Both the position numbers and the translations under genes were made by a program. A stretch of 51,608 nt of DNA, filler included, from Sphacelaria rigidula (Eukaryota), in NCBI GenBank assembly GCA_964200075.2. It is 4 parts of 4 records of this genome, joined end to end, with 100 filler letters (N's around TTAATTAATTAA, not from the genome) between each part and the next. Parts side by side here need not be neighbours in the genome. Positions count along the whole stretch, not along the records: positions 1 to 12,828 come from CAXNAA020003384.1; 3 more parts are not named here. One strand, 5' to 3'. This document shows positions 1-11,944 of this stretch, piece after piece (position 1 is the first letter of the stretch; every line of letters begins with the position of its first letter). The notes under the pieces are model-generated. The model was not told the DNA's origin and made no database searches. It worked only from the letters and a program-made list of their open reading frames with translations.

Positions 1-36
1 GGTGTGTGTGTGATTGTGGGGGGGGGGAGGGGGGGG

Positions 37-72
<36 letters not shown>

Positions 73-448
73 CTGTCGTAGAGAGTGTCGTATGATGGAA
101 GGGCTGCGTGATGGTAAGAGCAAGAAAATAAACCGAGGACCTTGCGAACGCTCCCTCCTGGTGATCGTGGTTCTTGAGTTTGACTCCCTTCCTGTGTGGC
201 TCCGCGTGTCAAGTGGACCAATGAGCCCTGCCTCCAGTAGCTCGAATGGTCGCAGACGGCATCGGAACTTAAGGGGCTAGAAGTGTTTGTTTCATTTTAT
301 TTTCTTCGTTTTTTCTCCCTCTTTTGTACTCGTATCTCGTCTGTGTATTTTTTTTCCGGGTCCGATTCTATGTTTGACTTTCTTTTACCCTATTTTAGGG
401 TCGTTAGTGTGTGACCACGGAAGGCGTCCGGAACGGTTTTTAATGTGA

Positions 449-510
<62 letters not shown>
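449..510 (+). repeat. (ACA)n microsatellite, about 20 units
   Basis: Perfect aca/caa run; it produces the poly-Thr of ORF 445..711. Confidence 0.97.
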
Positions 511-511
<1 letters not shown>

Positions 512-616
512 GTCTCATTTTTATACTATACTCTTTCTTGTACTCTTGTTTGTTTTCCGGGTTTGCCATTCTTCTATACTACCAAGTTCTTCCTCTCCGT
601 CTGTTGTTCGTTACGT

Positions 617-708
617 TACAGAGATATCTCAAACTCGAGATTCCTGGTATGATCTACAGTAATTTACAGTCGAATACATCGGGAACCTCGAGTTTCAGAT
701 ACCTCTTA
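617..708. mobile_element. ~90-bp imperfect palindrome flanked by TA; Tc1/mariner-type MITE-like hairpin
   Basis: Left arm agagatatctcaaactcgagattcc matches the reverse complement of the right arm (agaggtatctgaaactcgaggttcc); TA at 617-618 and 707-708. Confidence 0.6.
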
Positions 709-2413
709 TAAATAGTGATGCGTTCGTACAATACAGTAGAGTAGTACAACGGTAGATTCATGGTACCCAAATCAGGGGCAAGTGATTTTTTCACCGAGAG
801 GGTTCAACCATTTGACTTGGGTCATGTGGATCTTACATTCATTTTTCGAGTGAAGATGATCCCGATTCAACAGATGATCAATGGGCCAACTTGGTCCAGT
901 ATCCGCGTATACTACATAAAAGAGTGCTACTAGAGTGTTGTCTCATAAAGTGTTTTATTCCACATGGTGATTCATGGACCTTCATGTCGTTGCAATCCCC
1001 AATTCTCGACTCTGAGACCGCTTTATGTGCTGGGACGAAACATGTTCTAAAAAAAAAGCCTAATCTTGACGTTTCGGAGCCGATTTTCGCCGAAATACGC
1101 GGGAGAGCGGGTTATGCCGAACCAGAAAAAACTTGCTGCAATCGCTTGGAAGATTCTCAAATTTTCGATTTTTCACACGCCCAGTTTGACTTCAATGGGC
1201 CGAACATATGACTTTTCGAACAAGCCACGAAAAGTTTCGAGTTTTCCCAAAAACGCACATGCAGACTCGATCTCAGACGGACACGATATTTCTGGGCTTG
1301 GGTTGTGCGATAGGTCTCTTGTCCAGCCGGCCAAAAGTCAACGTCGGCATACAAAATGTTGGAAGAGTTCGTCGGAATCTCGGAGAGTTAGGCAAGTCTT
1401 TTCACGATAATACGACCCAATTAGCCCCATATTCCGGCTCAGATTGGCTCTGAATCGCAAGAATCGGCATATGTTTCGGTTGAGGTTCTTGATTCCCGTG
1501 AGAAGCGGTCGAGTCTCCCAGTACAGTATCATACAGCAAATATAGGAGGGCAGGTCGGGTCGTGTATTACACCCTATATGTGGGTATTTTGAGAAGTGGA
1601 GGTGCGACTCATGCCCACAGCAGCAACCAGCCCGGTGCTGTTGTCCTCCTATCAAAAGCTCATACAAGTCATTGTCAGTGACTTAGTCAGGTGATGTGCG
1701 AGTTTTCAAACTACCGAAACATCTGGTATACCCCACGTACCCGATCTGCGCTTGAAAATATAATACGATCGGCTGCTGGCGGGCAAGTTCAAGACACGTT
1801 CACAATCGGAATACAGTGAATCATTGCCCATGTACGAACTGTATGGACTGGGGTACAACGTTCTGTATGATTGTTCTGTTGTAGATACTCCAATACTGTA
1901 CTGTGTACTGTCTGGTGTACAAGAGTTCGAATTCGAAGTCGTGTCGTCAATCCTAAATGCAGAGCTTGTACACAGGAGTACAAAAAGTAGAACGCATACG
2001 GGTGTAAAATACAAATGCCACAGTAAGCGAACATGTGTTGTGCTTGAACGATCACGCCCTAGTCCGCCACGCGTAAAGGAGCATACCGCATGGTGTGTCC
2101 TGTGGATACATTACACCACGAAAGCAAAGCGCTGATACAGAGTTCGATGCAAGTTCTACCGACATGACCGAAGATGGGCGCAAGTGCGGGCCTTCGGAGA
2201 TGACATGCGGTACAACAAGGTTACAGAGGTGAATGCATCAGCGGAAACCCGTATTGTTCGCGTGACAACATGATAATCCTGAAACGATCTGTACTACTTG
2301 CCAAAGCGTTGTTCCTCCTCGGTCTACGAATAGAATCTATATTAGCAGGAACGTTTGAAAAAATTGCTGTGTAAAAGAGTCGAGGCGAAGGCAACCTTGG
2401 CTGATGAGCCTCC

Positions 2414-2935
2414 CTAGAACAATGACACTACTTGCAGGTTGGCCGCGTGGGGAGGGGGGCGAGACGTGATGATGCACTGAACGAGAGGACAGGAAAATAA
2501 ATATGAGGACGAAACATAAACATACAACAGCAACACCATCATCCAGCTATCTACTCTCTGTATCTCGACATCAAATCAATTTAGTCGACAGTCGACGCTC
2601 ACCAAGTAGCTGGCGCCAGCAACAGTGACCACAAGAGCGATTATCTGCCGGGGCTTCTCAATGCCTTCCACGTTGGAGCGGAACATGTTTGCACCAGACC
2701 GCTCTGACGGCAGCCGCGACAGCACGCCTATCCTACCGGAGGTTGGTGTGCTGCGCTTGCTGCCGGTGCTGTTGTTGTAAGCTGGCACTAGGGATCCGAG
2801 CTCGCTGGCGTTGGTGCTCGTAGTCGTGCCGTCTTTCGTCGGAGTATTCCTGCTGTTTACGTTCGTCACGACGCTACCTCCGACACCACTGGCTACTGCA
2901 TCACCTTTCGCAAGCTTCGTGGCTTGGTCAGCCAT
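2414..2935 (-). CDS. Putative small 2-exon gene (~131 aa), low-complexity N-terminus and one hydrophobic segment; function unknown
   Basis: ATG at 2935; exon 2935-2603 (111 codons) ends at a GTGAGC donor; pyrimidine tract plus TTCAG acceptor gives exon 2476-2414 (CIITSRPPPHAANLQVVSLF*). Hydrophobic stretch IIALVVTVAGASYLCII. Confidence 0.45.
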
Positions 2936-3240
2936 TGCTAGCACTTGAGGACTAACCTACAACAACAGTACAGTAGCACAGTACGTACAGTACAACAGTC
3001 AGTTGGTCAATCTGTGAAACTCCATTTTGCGATGTGTCGCTTGGGGGACAGGTATGACACATCGTCAAAATGTATTAGGGGTTGTAACGGCCACGATCAA
3101 AGCCATACACGCCTCCAGCACCGACAGCCTAGTCAGGTGTTGGCGGTACCCAATTACTTGCATATCGTAACTTTAGACACTCATCTCCCTCCGAGCCGAC
3201 TCACCTACTATTATCGCCCATCGTATCAGGTAAGGTTGAT

Positions 3241-6200
3241 ATGGTCGTGGCTGATACCCAGAAGGATGTGCCTGGAACAAAGACGAAAAGGGAACGACGC
3301 GTGAAGCAAGGTGGCCGCGGCGGCGGTGGGTTAGCCTCGAGATTGTTCAATAAGTTCGATAGCGATCGAAAGTATGACCCCTTCGCAGACATGGATCCTG
3401 TCATTCAGGAGAGCAAGGCGGGCATGGAAGCGCTGCTTGCCATGTGCAATCCTGTGGAACTCAACAGTCTCTGCGGAGCGTTGGATATTGCCGAGCCAGC
3501 CCCAAGAAGTGAGAAGGTCCAAAAGGTCAGCTGCCTAAGAACGTCCATTATTACATCACGCCCTTCAGTACTCTCGTCATACTGTACGACATACCATCAT
3601 CAGTTAAGAACCTCGAATTTGCAGCTGGCTGATAAAAATGTGGAGGACCCTTTTCCCGACTACTGTGGTAGGGAGAACGTTGCAATTGAAGCTATCATCG
3701 ATGGAGAGCGCGCGGATCTTCTTGTGCTTATGCCATCTTGTCAACGCGCAGATAATGAGCCATATTCGAGGAGGTGGCCGAGCCGTGGAGAAGAAATTTG
3801 CGTCCGTGTTGCGTCTATTTTGGGAAGGATTGCTCTTCGAATATCTTCGATCAGTAGGTTGTCCACTTCGTGGTACTGAGCACGACCCCCGCCACTTTGT
3901 TACGCGATACTGGCGGAGGAGCATGCTGGACCCAACTATTCGACCGGATTTCGTCCCTTACTACCTCAAGCGAGAGGTGACGTACACACGCTGACCATCG
4001 TTTATCAATTTCAACATACATGGTATAAATATATGTCTACCGCAAAAGTGAACCCCTGGGTCACAAGGTTTCATCACGTCGGACGAAGCAACGTCAGGTT
4101 TTTTGCTCGGTTGAGTGAGGACTCACCGTTCTTTTAGTGTTGTTGATGTCTCTTCCATGTAATGGATGTGCCAAAATGTCTTCGAAAGGGGCATCGAGAA
4201 TGTGTCCTCCTAGCCGGCCTGCTTGGTGTTCATAATATAACAGAGTACAATAGCATAAATTGAGACTCGTCCACGTTGTCCATCATCAGGTGAAAAAACG
4301 CGATAGCATCATGAAGCAGGAAAAAGATATACATGACATCCAGTCGGAGCTGTTGGTTCGAGAGCTAGCCGTCAAAGAAGCAGAGACACGCGTGAGGCAA
4401 CAGCACGACTATCGCTTCGTTCTTCAATATTTCGGCGCCTCGCGAGAGCTTCACCGCACTCTGATCGCCAACGTCAACTATTTGTCCAATGAAGTGGAGC
4501 AGCTTCGGGCGCTCGATGACCACAACAGCACCAGTATTGGTATCATGGAGGAGCAGTTCGTGGAACTGGAGGTAGGTCTTCTGCACCAACTTGTTTGTTA
4601 TGTAGTCATTGATGCATAGTGCCACGAGCCACGGCAGAGAATCGCTACATGCGTCTATGTGTAGTACAGCAACGCGCTCAAGTGTAGTTAGTAGAGCAAT
4701 GAATGCTCCGTTCCCTGAGAGCGAGGAATCACTGGGCTCATTCCCCGAGATGTTTACTGATGGAAACCTCCGCGCGACAGAGAGCAAACTCTTGTTGCCA
4801 TCCGAGAGTCTCCGCTACCACCCCCCTGAAAGTCGCGCTTCACTGTGCGGTCTATCGATACTTTCGAAACTTCGGTACGCGACAGACGAAGTACGATCGG
4901 GTGGTGGGAGGGCTTGTCTATCGCGGAGCATTCGATTCAACATTTAAGGACACTCTGTACGACATTATCACGTACAGGCAAGCCGGCCTGAAGGCTACCA
5001 AGGACATGGTGAGAGAAATTCTTGCAGACATGGAGGTCGGACCTGCAAGTTACGAGGGCATGCCGGCTTCATGCAACACAAGCCGCGGCAAAATGAGGAG
5101 CTCAGAAAAACTCAATGTGAATCCTGCTGATCCAGAAACAAAACCACAGGAAGAGACAAAAGGAGGCGAGCGCTCTGAGGAGGCGGAGCATTGTCCGGCA
5201 GTAGAAGTGAAGAGAACGCTCGACAGCGACAAGTGGGCAATACCCCGACAACGAAACCAGCATGAAGTTTTTTCGGGCGAAGTCGCTGACAACAACAAAC
5301 ATACAGGACGTAGTAGCGAAGCGGCCGGCGATGATTCAGCAGAACGTAGCCTGGGATCCTACCTTGAGCTCATGCGAGCAATGCACACGACCGCGTGTAC
5401 CAGGTACAAGAATCAAGTAGCCCATCTATTGGAAACAAACGCCGGTTTGGCCGCGGAGGCTGTCACAGCAACTGAACGAAAGGACACAGCTGTGACACAG
5501 ATGAAGGAATGGGAGATGAGGTACGGTGAACTGGAAAAAACTAATGCACACGTGGAGAGGCGATTGCAGGCCGAGCTTGCGGTGGCTAAGGACGAAGCCC
5601 AAGATGGAAACCGACGTGCGTCGGAAGCGTTCGCGTTGATGAACGGCAAGGTGAAAAAGGCAATCCCGTTCCTTCTAAAACTGATCGGCGGCTTCAAACC
5701 CATCTATGCAGAGGAGATCGGGGTGGATCTGTTCCAAAACCTGGGGATAGATATGGATCGATATGCTCACGTCCTCGCGAGGAAGAGAATGCTAGAGGTA
5801 CGTCTACTGTACTTTGCGTTTCAGCGAATGGGACATTATGCATGGCGGATTCTTCACCAACACGATCGTGCCCAGCACTGTGCTCGACAAGCGTTCGTAT
5901 CCCGAATAATATTGTTGCAAGTTCCTTGCCGCTCGTGATGACTACATGTCGTACAGCGGGCGGATAAATATTGACTCTCTGCGGTTCTCACGCACGGTGT
6001 GCAACCCAGGCCGATCTCGAATCTCGAGCATTTGAGGTGATCCACAACGAGCAACATCGTCTGGCAGCAGCGGAGGGAGATACAACCGAGCAGGAGGATG
6101 GGCCAAGCAAGAAAAAGGAAAGGGGGCGCCCCAAGTCGCGAGGCAAGGCTTCAGCTTTATCTGCCGATAAAAGCAAGGGTTCAAGCAAGTCGCGGAGCAA

Positions 6201-6489
6201 ATCGAATAACAAAGGCAAGGGGGGCAAGCAAGGCAAAGCGGGCAAAGCGGGCAAAAAGGACAAGCCTTCCCCAGAAGAAGCCGGAAAGGTGAAGGATGGG
6301 GAGGGAAAGGGCGGCAAGAAAGCAAACGCGAAGAGCAAGAAGCCCAAGGCCGCTGCCTCGCCCTCAAAAAAAGATGCCCCAACAGCTAAAAAGAGCTCTA
6401 CTGGGAAGGACCGTTCATCAGATCAGAAATCGGTCCTGGCGAAGGCCAAACGCTCACCCAGCCCCAAGAAAAAGACTTCTCCCAAGTAA
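3241..6489 (+). CDS. 5-exon gene, ~727 aa: SAP/DEK-like helix-extended-helix motif, coiled coils, Lys/Gly/Ser-rich basic C-terminus
   Basis: Exons 3241-3525, 3752-3976, 4290-4571, 4886-5797, 6010-6489; all introns GT..CAG and phase 0, joining five ORF-track frames. Motif LNSLCGALDIAEPAPRSEKVQKIMSH resembles the SAP consensus by eye. Confidence 0.8.
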
Positions 6490-6748
6490 TTGTGTAACAA
6501 AATCCTTTTCAGAATTCGTCGTTCTCCCCACCTTACCCCGTCTCTCTCAAAATTGCCTTGCTCCTCCACGTTCACCCATGTACTGGTCGCAGCTTAAACT
6601 TACAGTTGAGCGTGCCAAATGACAGCCGCGGTGCAGAAACATCCAATATTTCGCCCGCGAGCACTCTCTGCGCTTTTTCGAGAAGCAGTGTACAGCAGCA
6701 CGCAACGGACGACTAACCCGAGCTAAAATTTATTTACACAACAAGCTG

Positions 6749-9700
6749 TCACTCGCCGTTTTGATCCGTTCTCGATGCGGCAAGAGCATCAAGTCTAGCT
6801 TCCTGGATCATTTCCTTCGAAGTTTTCCCACGGAAAGTGGCTACAGTAGACGCCGCGACCCCGCTTCGACCCAACGCAGCAGAATGAGACCCGCCGATTG
6901 CCAACCTCCCCGATGCTGCCCCATCACTTCGGCCACCAGCGAAATACCTCCCCGGATGCCCCCCTCGGCAGGAAATTCCACCAAAGTTCCCTGGGCTTCT
7001 GCCCCCGCGATTAGCCATTCCTCGCCTTGCGGGCCCCCTGCCGCTAGGACGGAATTTGACCTGCGAATCTGCTCCGATCGGCGAATACCTCGTGGTTTGC
7101 TTTGCCGTACCACGCACGGTCACCACCGGATGGCCGCGGCCGCGTCCACGCGCCGGTGTCGCGGGTATCCGAGAGTCTGTGCTAGGAGTCCTTCGTCCCC
7201 CCCCCCTCCCATTCTGTAGCGAGTACGACGCAATGCCGCGGCCGCGCGCAGGTGTTTCGGGTGTTCGGGAGCCTGCAGCACAAGCTCGTCCTCCTCGCCC
7301 CCTTCCACCTTGTAGCGCGTGTGCGATGCTGCGGCCGCGTGCCGGTGTCGCGGGTATTCGAGAGCCTGCGGTAGGGGTCGGCCATACTCGTCCCTCTCCC
7401 TGCAGTGCGTGTGGTGCACTGTTTCGTCGTAGAGGCTGTGTCGTTCCCTCCAAGTCACCGCCTCGACCCGGCGACCGCGCCCGTGCTCCGTCTAAACCTT
7501 GTCCTGCAAAAACCTGCGAGTGTTTCGCAATATTGATGGTCGTGAGATTCTCTGCGACACCGGGATCATCGTCGTCATCCCCATCGAGCAGCAAAGCGCC
7601 TAGACCAGCGAGGTCGTCGTCGCCACCACCACCACCTCGACTTTCATCTTCGCCCCGACCGCCGCAGTCGCCGTCGCCGTTACCTTCGTTGCAGCTATTC
7701 CGAGCATCACCAGAAAGAGATCCACCCTGCAGATCTTCAGGAAACGCCAGAGAACCTTTAGCGGAGGATGGCCGAGGTACTGCTGGCACTGCAGGTAAAT
7801 AAACCCCAGTCCTTGCACGGTCTGCCAGGGCGGGTGGCGGCGACGGCGGCAGCACAGACTGGGAGTGTATGAGCCCAGATATGGGTTTGACATTTGAAGT
7901 CTGCGCCCCCATCCCCACGCGGTCGCCGACGGGTGAGAGCGGTGACAGCGGCTGCACAGACTGGGATTGTACGGATGCAGATATGGGTTCGACCTTTGTA
8001 CGTCGCGCCCCAATCCCCACGCGGTCGCCGACGGCGGAGGGCGGCGATTGCAGCTGCATGGCTTGGGATTGTGCGGGTGCAGATACGAATTCGACGGTTA
8101 TACGTCTGACCTCAATTCCCGGGCGGACGCCGTCGGCGGACCGCGGCGAGAGAAGCTGCATGGCTTGGGATTGTGGGGGTGCAGATACGGATTCTACCAT
8201 TGTAGGTTGCGCCTCGATCCCCACGCAGTCGTCGACGGCGGAGGGCGGGGATTGCGGCTGCACGGCTTGGGATTGTGGGGGTGCAGATACGAATTCTGCC
8301 GTTGTAGGTTGCGCCCCGATCCCCACGCGGTCGCCGACGGCGGAGGGCGGCGATTGCGGCTGCATGGCTTGGGATTGTTGGGGCGCAGATACGAATTCTG
8401 CCGTTGTAGGTTGCGCCTCGATCCCCACGCGGTCGTCGACGGCGGAGGGCGGGGATTGCGGCTGCACGGCTTGGAATTGTGGGGGTGCAGATACGAATTC
8501 TGCCGTTGTAGGTTGTGCCCCAATCTCCACGCAGTCGTCGACGGCGGAGGGCGGCGATTGCGGCTGCATGGCTTGGGATTGTGCGGGTGCAGATACGAAT
8601 TCTGCCGTTGTAGGTTGCGCCCCACTCCCCACGCAGTCGTCGACGGCGGAGGGCGGCGATTGGGGCTGCATGGCTTGGGATTGTGGGGGCGCAGATGCGA
8701 ATTCTGCTGTTGTAGGTTGTGCCCCACTCCCTACGCTGTCGCCGACGGCTGGGGGCGACGACGGCGGAAGCGCGGGTGGAGATTGCGCAGGCGCAGACAT
8801 GGGCTCCATCGCCCAAGGTTGCGCCCCAATCCCATAGAGGTCGCGGAGGACGGAGGGCGGCAATGGCGGTGGCGCGGATGGAGATTGTTCGGGTGTAAGC
8901 ATGGATCCCATCGTACAAAATTGCGCCCGATTCCTGGCAAATTGGCCGATGATGAGGGATGGCGACGGCGGTAGCTCGGATAAGGATGGCACAGGTGCAG
9001 ATACGGGTTCCACCCTCGTAGATTGCGTTGATTGTCGCCCTGGGGGCGGTTCAGGTCGGTGGTTATGTACCGGTGTAGCTTGAGACTTACGCACAGCATT
9101 CGAATGACCATTTTTTCGGGGACGGGAGGGCACTGGGTACTCGTGAGCCTTACGAGAAGGTGACTGGGGGACCGAAACCGGGTGCGCCGCGGGGAGATGC
9201 AGCATGTCTCGCAATTCGTCCTCCTCCGTTTGCAAGGCTACTATTTCGTTGCGTACTTTCGCTCGCACGGCTAGCAGACCCTCTTGTTCTTGGAACAGGG
9301 CGAGAACCTGCAAGTGAGTGTAGCGGACACGTCAGACGTTCAAAAACAATCGCCAAACAGGCAGCGCTTAGAGCCATCCTATGGTAGGAGGCGAGGGAGC
9401 ATATTGTTGGACGAAAGAAGGGGGTTCATGGATGTGATGTACAAAGACACTCTTGTGTACGCGTATTTTCGCCCGGTGACGCGCCACGAAACTATCGATG
9501 TGTCGCAAAATGTCAGTATTAACCCTTTTGGAACCCGTTGACGATTTTTGTTCTTGTGAACAAGCATCATTTTCAGTCATTTTCAAGTAAAAAGTGATGC
9601 CGATTCATAGAAACAAGAATCGTCAGTGGGTCTCCCAGGGGTTAAGACCGCTCTGAATATTCTTCATTGACATCAGCGAAGTCTCTCAACAAGACTGATT

Positions 9701-11944
9701 TCGAGCAACGCACTGTCATAACCCCCCTTCCCCGTCCTAGGCCCACTTCGGGGGGAGGGGGGGGGAGGGGGGGGCACTCATTTTTTGCTTGCCTTAGTCG
9801 TTCGATCATTGACCACGCATCCCTTTCGAGACGGACAACCGTTCCTACTCCTAATAGACACCTCCAACATTTGGGCGCTCATGAGTTTTTTTTTGTACAT
9901 TACACAAAAACCTTCTACACATCTTATCCCCTTCCTGTTTCGCCGTCTGTGACCGCCATCTACCTCCTAGCCTGGCGATCGTTTCCTTGCTGCTATCCAA
10001 TGTACCAAACGATTTCATGCCACCTTCGTTTACTTCCCACATTTCCCCCTCTAACACGTTCCGTTCCTCCTTGTATGGTTCACATTCTGCCACCATATGG
10101 ACTCTACTCTATTGCTTCGCCACAGGGGCAATTCGGTGCATCTGCTTTTTCCTCCACACGACTACTGGTATATACCTCTTTCTTCTTCCTGGAAGGTGCA
10201 GGTTCCCCACCCGAAATCGCACAATCAACTTTCGCGGGATCCATCACAATGTGCAGATATGTCTTTTTCCCTATCCCTTCTCTCAGCCCCCCGTATAAAT
10301 TCAGGTGCTCTTCCTCGTCTACTTTCCATCTCAGCGCATGTTTCCCCCCTGCTTTCTATCATCTTTTTTTGTATTGTCTGGTACCCCCGCATCCTTCTAT
10401 GGACACTATTTCGTCTTGATTTCCTGTTCTATCCATCCATACTTTCTCGACTACGCCTGCCCTTTCGTGATTTTCTCCTAGATAGCCCTATCAACTATGG
10501 CTGGCAATCTCTTTCTTGACATGTTCCTTCCGTTATCCTGCTGTTGCGGTCTTCTCATGTCCATGTTTCAAGTGAGTACATTCCCGAATTCCGCTCTCAA
10601 TACTCTATTACTTGTCATTTTGAGCAGCCAAGTATTTTCGTAGCTGCTGTCATCTGTTACTGTTTCCAATCGCTACCCAGTGAGATGTATTTTAACGCGT
10701 GGAAATAAGGGTACATACATCGTGGTCTACCAAGTAGACGAAAACGAGAGACGGAAAAAACAGAAGAAAATGTATAAGAGAAGAAAAGAAGGGGAAAGTA
10801 AAAGTGAAGTAGAGGAGGAACGGAAGGGAATGGAAAGGAATGGAGAGCAAGAACACGAAAAAACGGTCTCGGCGAAATTAATGAAGATAATGGAAAAAAG
10901 TGAAGAGTAAAGAAATCGAGACGAAAGAGACAAGAAACAGCGAAGAACGTGGGGTAAAAAAAATGGGGATGGGTACAATCCTGACACCATTGATTCGGGG
11001 GGGGGGGGGGAACACGGCTTCGATTCTCGCCAGGTGCGTATAGTTTTGAGCTCGTATTACCACTTGATCGTATGACTTTTGAAATAACTTTCTCGTATAT
11101 ATATATGCTTTTTGAGATTACGCTCGACAGTAGATAGTACTGCTTGGTTGAATGGAACTACCGCGGAATAATGTTTATCGACTTGCGTGTAAACACAGAT
11201 CTTGGTATCTTTAGTTGAGGACGGTCCCGAGTGATCCCAGCGTGCGCAGGACGCGTTCTTGTCCAAACCGGCGCCGCGGTTATGATTTGACGTCCACCAA
11301 GGCACACTTTGCCTAGGGCACCCTGTACGTACACCCCGCTTGTTCTCGGTATGCCTTGAGTTGGGGTCAGGTTGAAGCTTCGTTTGGCTTTCTTCTTGGG
11401 AGTATTTGATGTCCGTCTTCGATAACGTGAGGGGGATGTAAGTAATCGCCAACAGCAGAATCAGAACGCATACACCGTGCTAGGACCCCGGCCCTCGGGA
11501 GGAGGACATATGGGGTGCAGAGGCTACATCGAAATAGACCTGGGGCACGGGTATAACAACACACCGCGCTTGCGGACTGGAATGAAGCGCAAGAACTCGA
11601 CCCGCGCACGTCTGGTAGCGCACGCAAAAACATCACCGTGGATCACACACAGACAGTCACCCGGGTCAAAGCACGAAAGGGTGAATGCATAAAACGAGAG
11701 TACGCGAGCTTGCACAAGCGCTCCCTGAACATACCAGGGCTAAATCTTCTTCCATTGTAGTGGTCGGCTTGGCGCCTGCGTCGCTTCGTTTGCGTTTGAC
11801 AGCAGCTTCATCGCCACTGGGCTTAAGGCTTGGCCACCGGCCGGCACCACCACCCGTTTCCCTTCCCTTTTTGGCCACACGCTGCATGCAATCTTGGCCT
11901 TGGTCGGGTTCGGAGCTATTTGGAGTGCGCCTCCTTTTTCTGGC
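6749..11944 (-). CDS. Large low-complexity protein: short coiled coil (SNAPC5/SNAP19-like), 34-aa tandem repeats, RG/RGG-rich tail; 5' end not resolved
   Basis: Terminal exon 9307-6749 follows a TTGCAG acceptor; candidate upstream exon 11944-11735 (CAG acceptor, GTATGT donor, phase 0) joins as MEEDLAL|VLALFQEQE. Confidence 0.7.
7810..8900 (-). repeat. Coding minisatellite, 102-bp (34-aa) unit, about 10 copies
   Basis: gcttgggattgt recurs at 8061, 8163, 8265 (102-nt period); peptide unit SAPPQSQAMQPQSPPSAVDDCVGxGAQPTTAEFV. Confidence 0.95.
9519..9645. mobile_element. piggyBac-like MITE (TTAA-CCC...GGG-TTAA) that folds into a full-length hairpin
   Basis: TTAA at 9519-9522 and 9642-9645; left end ttaacccttttggaacccgttgacgatt matches reverse-complemented right end ttaacccctgggagacccactgacgatt, with complementarity continuing to the centre. 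Confidence 0.7.
9774..9811 (+). repeat. ~38-bp G-tract-associated dispersed element, copy 1 (variant B)
   Basis: gcactcattttttgcttgccttagtcgttcgatcattg directly after a G-tract; aligns to the copies at 35168 and 38284. Confidence 0.7.

Noticed and set aside
14-711. ORFs 14..280 (poly-Gly) and 445..711 (poly-Thr)
   Set aside because: Products of a G homopolymer and an ACA microsatellite, with non-ATG starts.
7869-8974. Long overlapping ORFs in other frames (Cys-rich 322 aa, 335 aa, 268 aa, 177 aa)
   Set aside because: A GC-rich 102-bp unit lacking stops keeps several frames open; these ORFs start and end with the repeat.
9667-10990. Hydrophobic or charged ORFs in the CT-rich then GA-rich stretch
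   Set aside because: Compositional bias within a probable intron; no splice or domain support.
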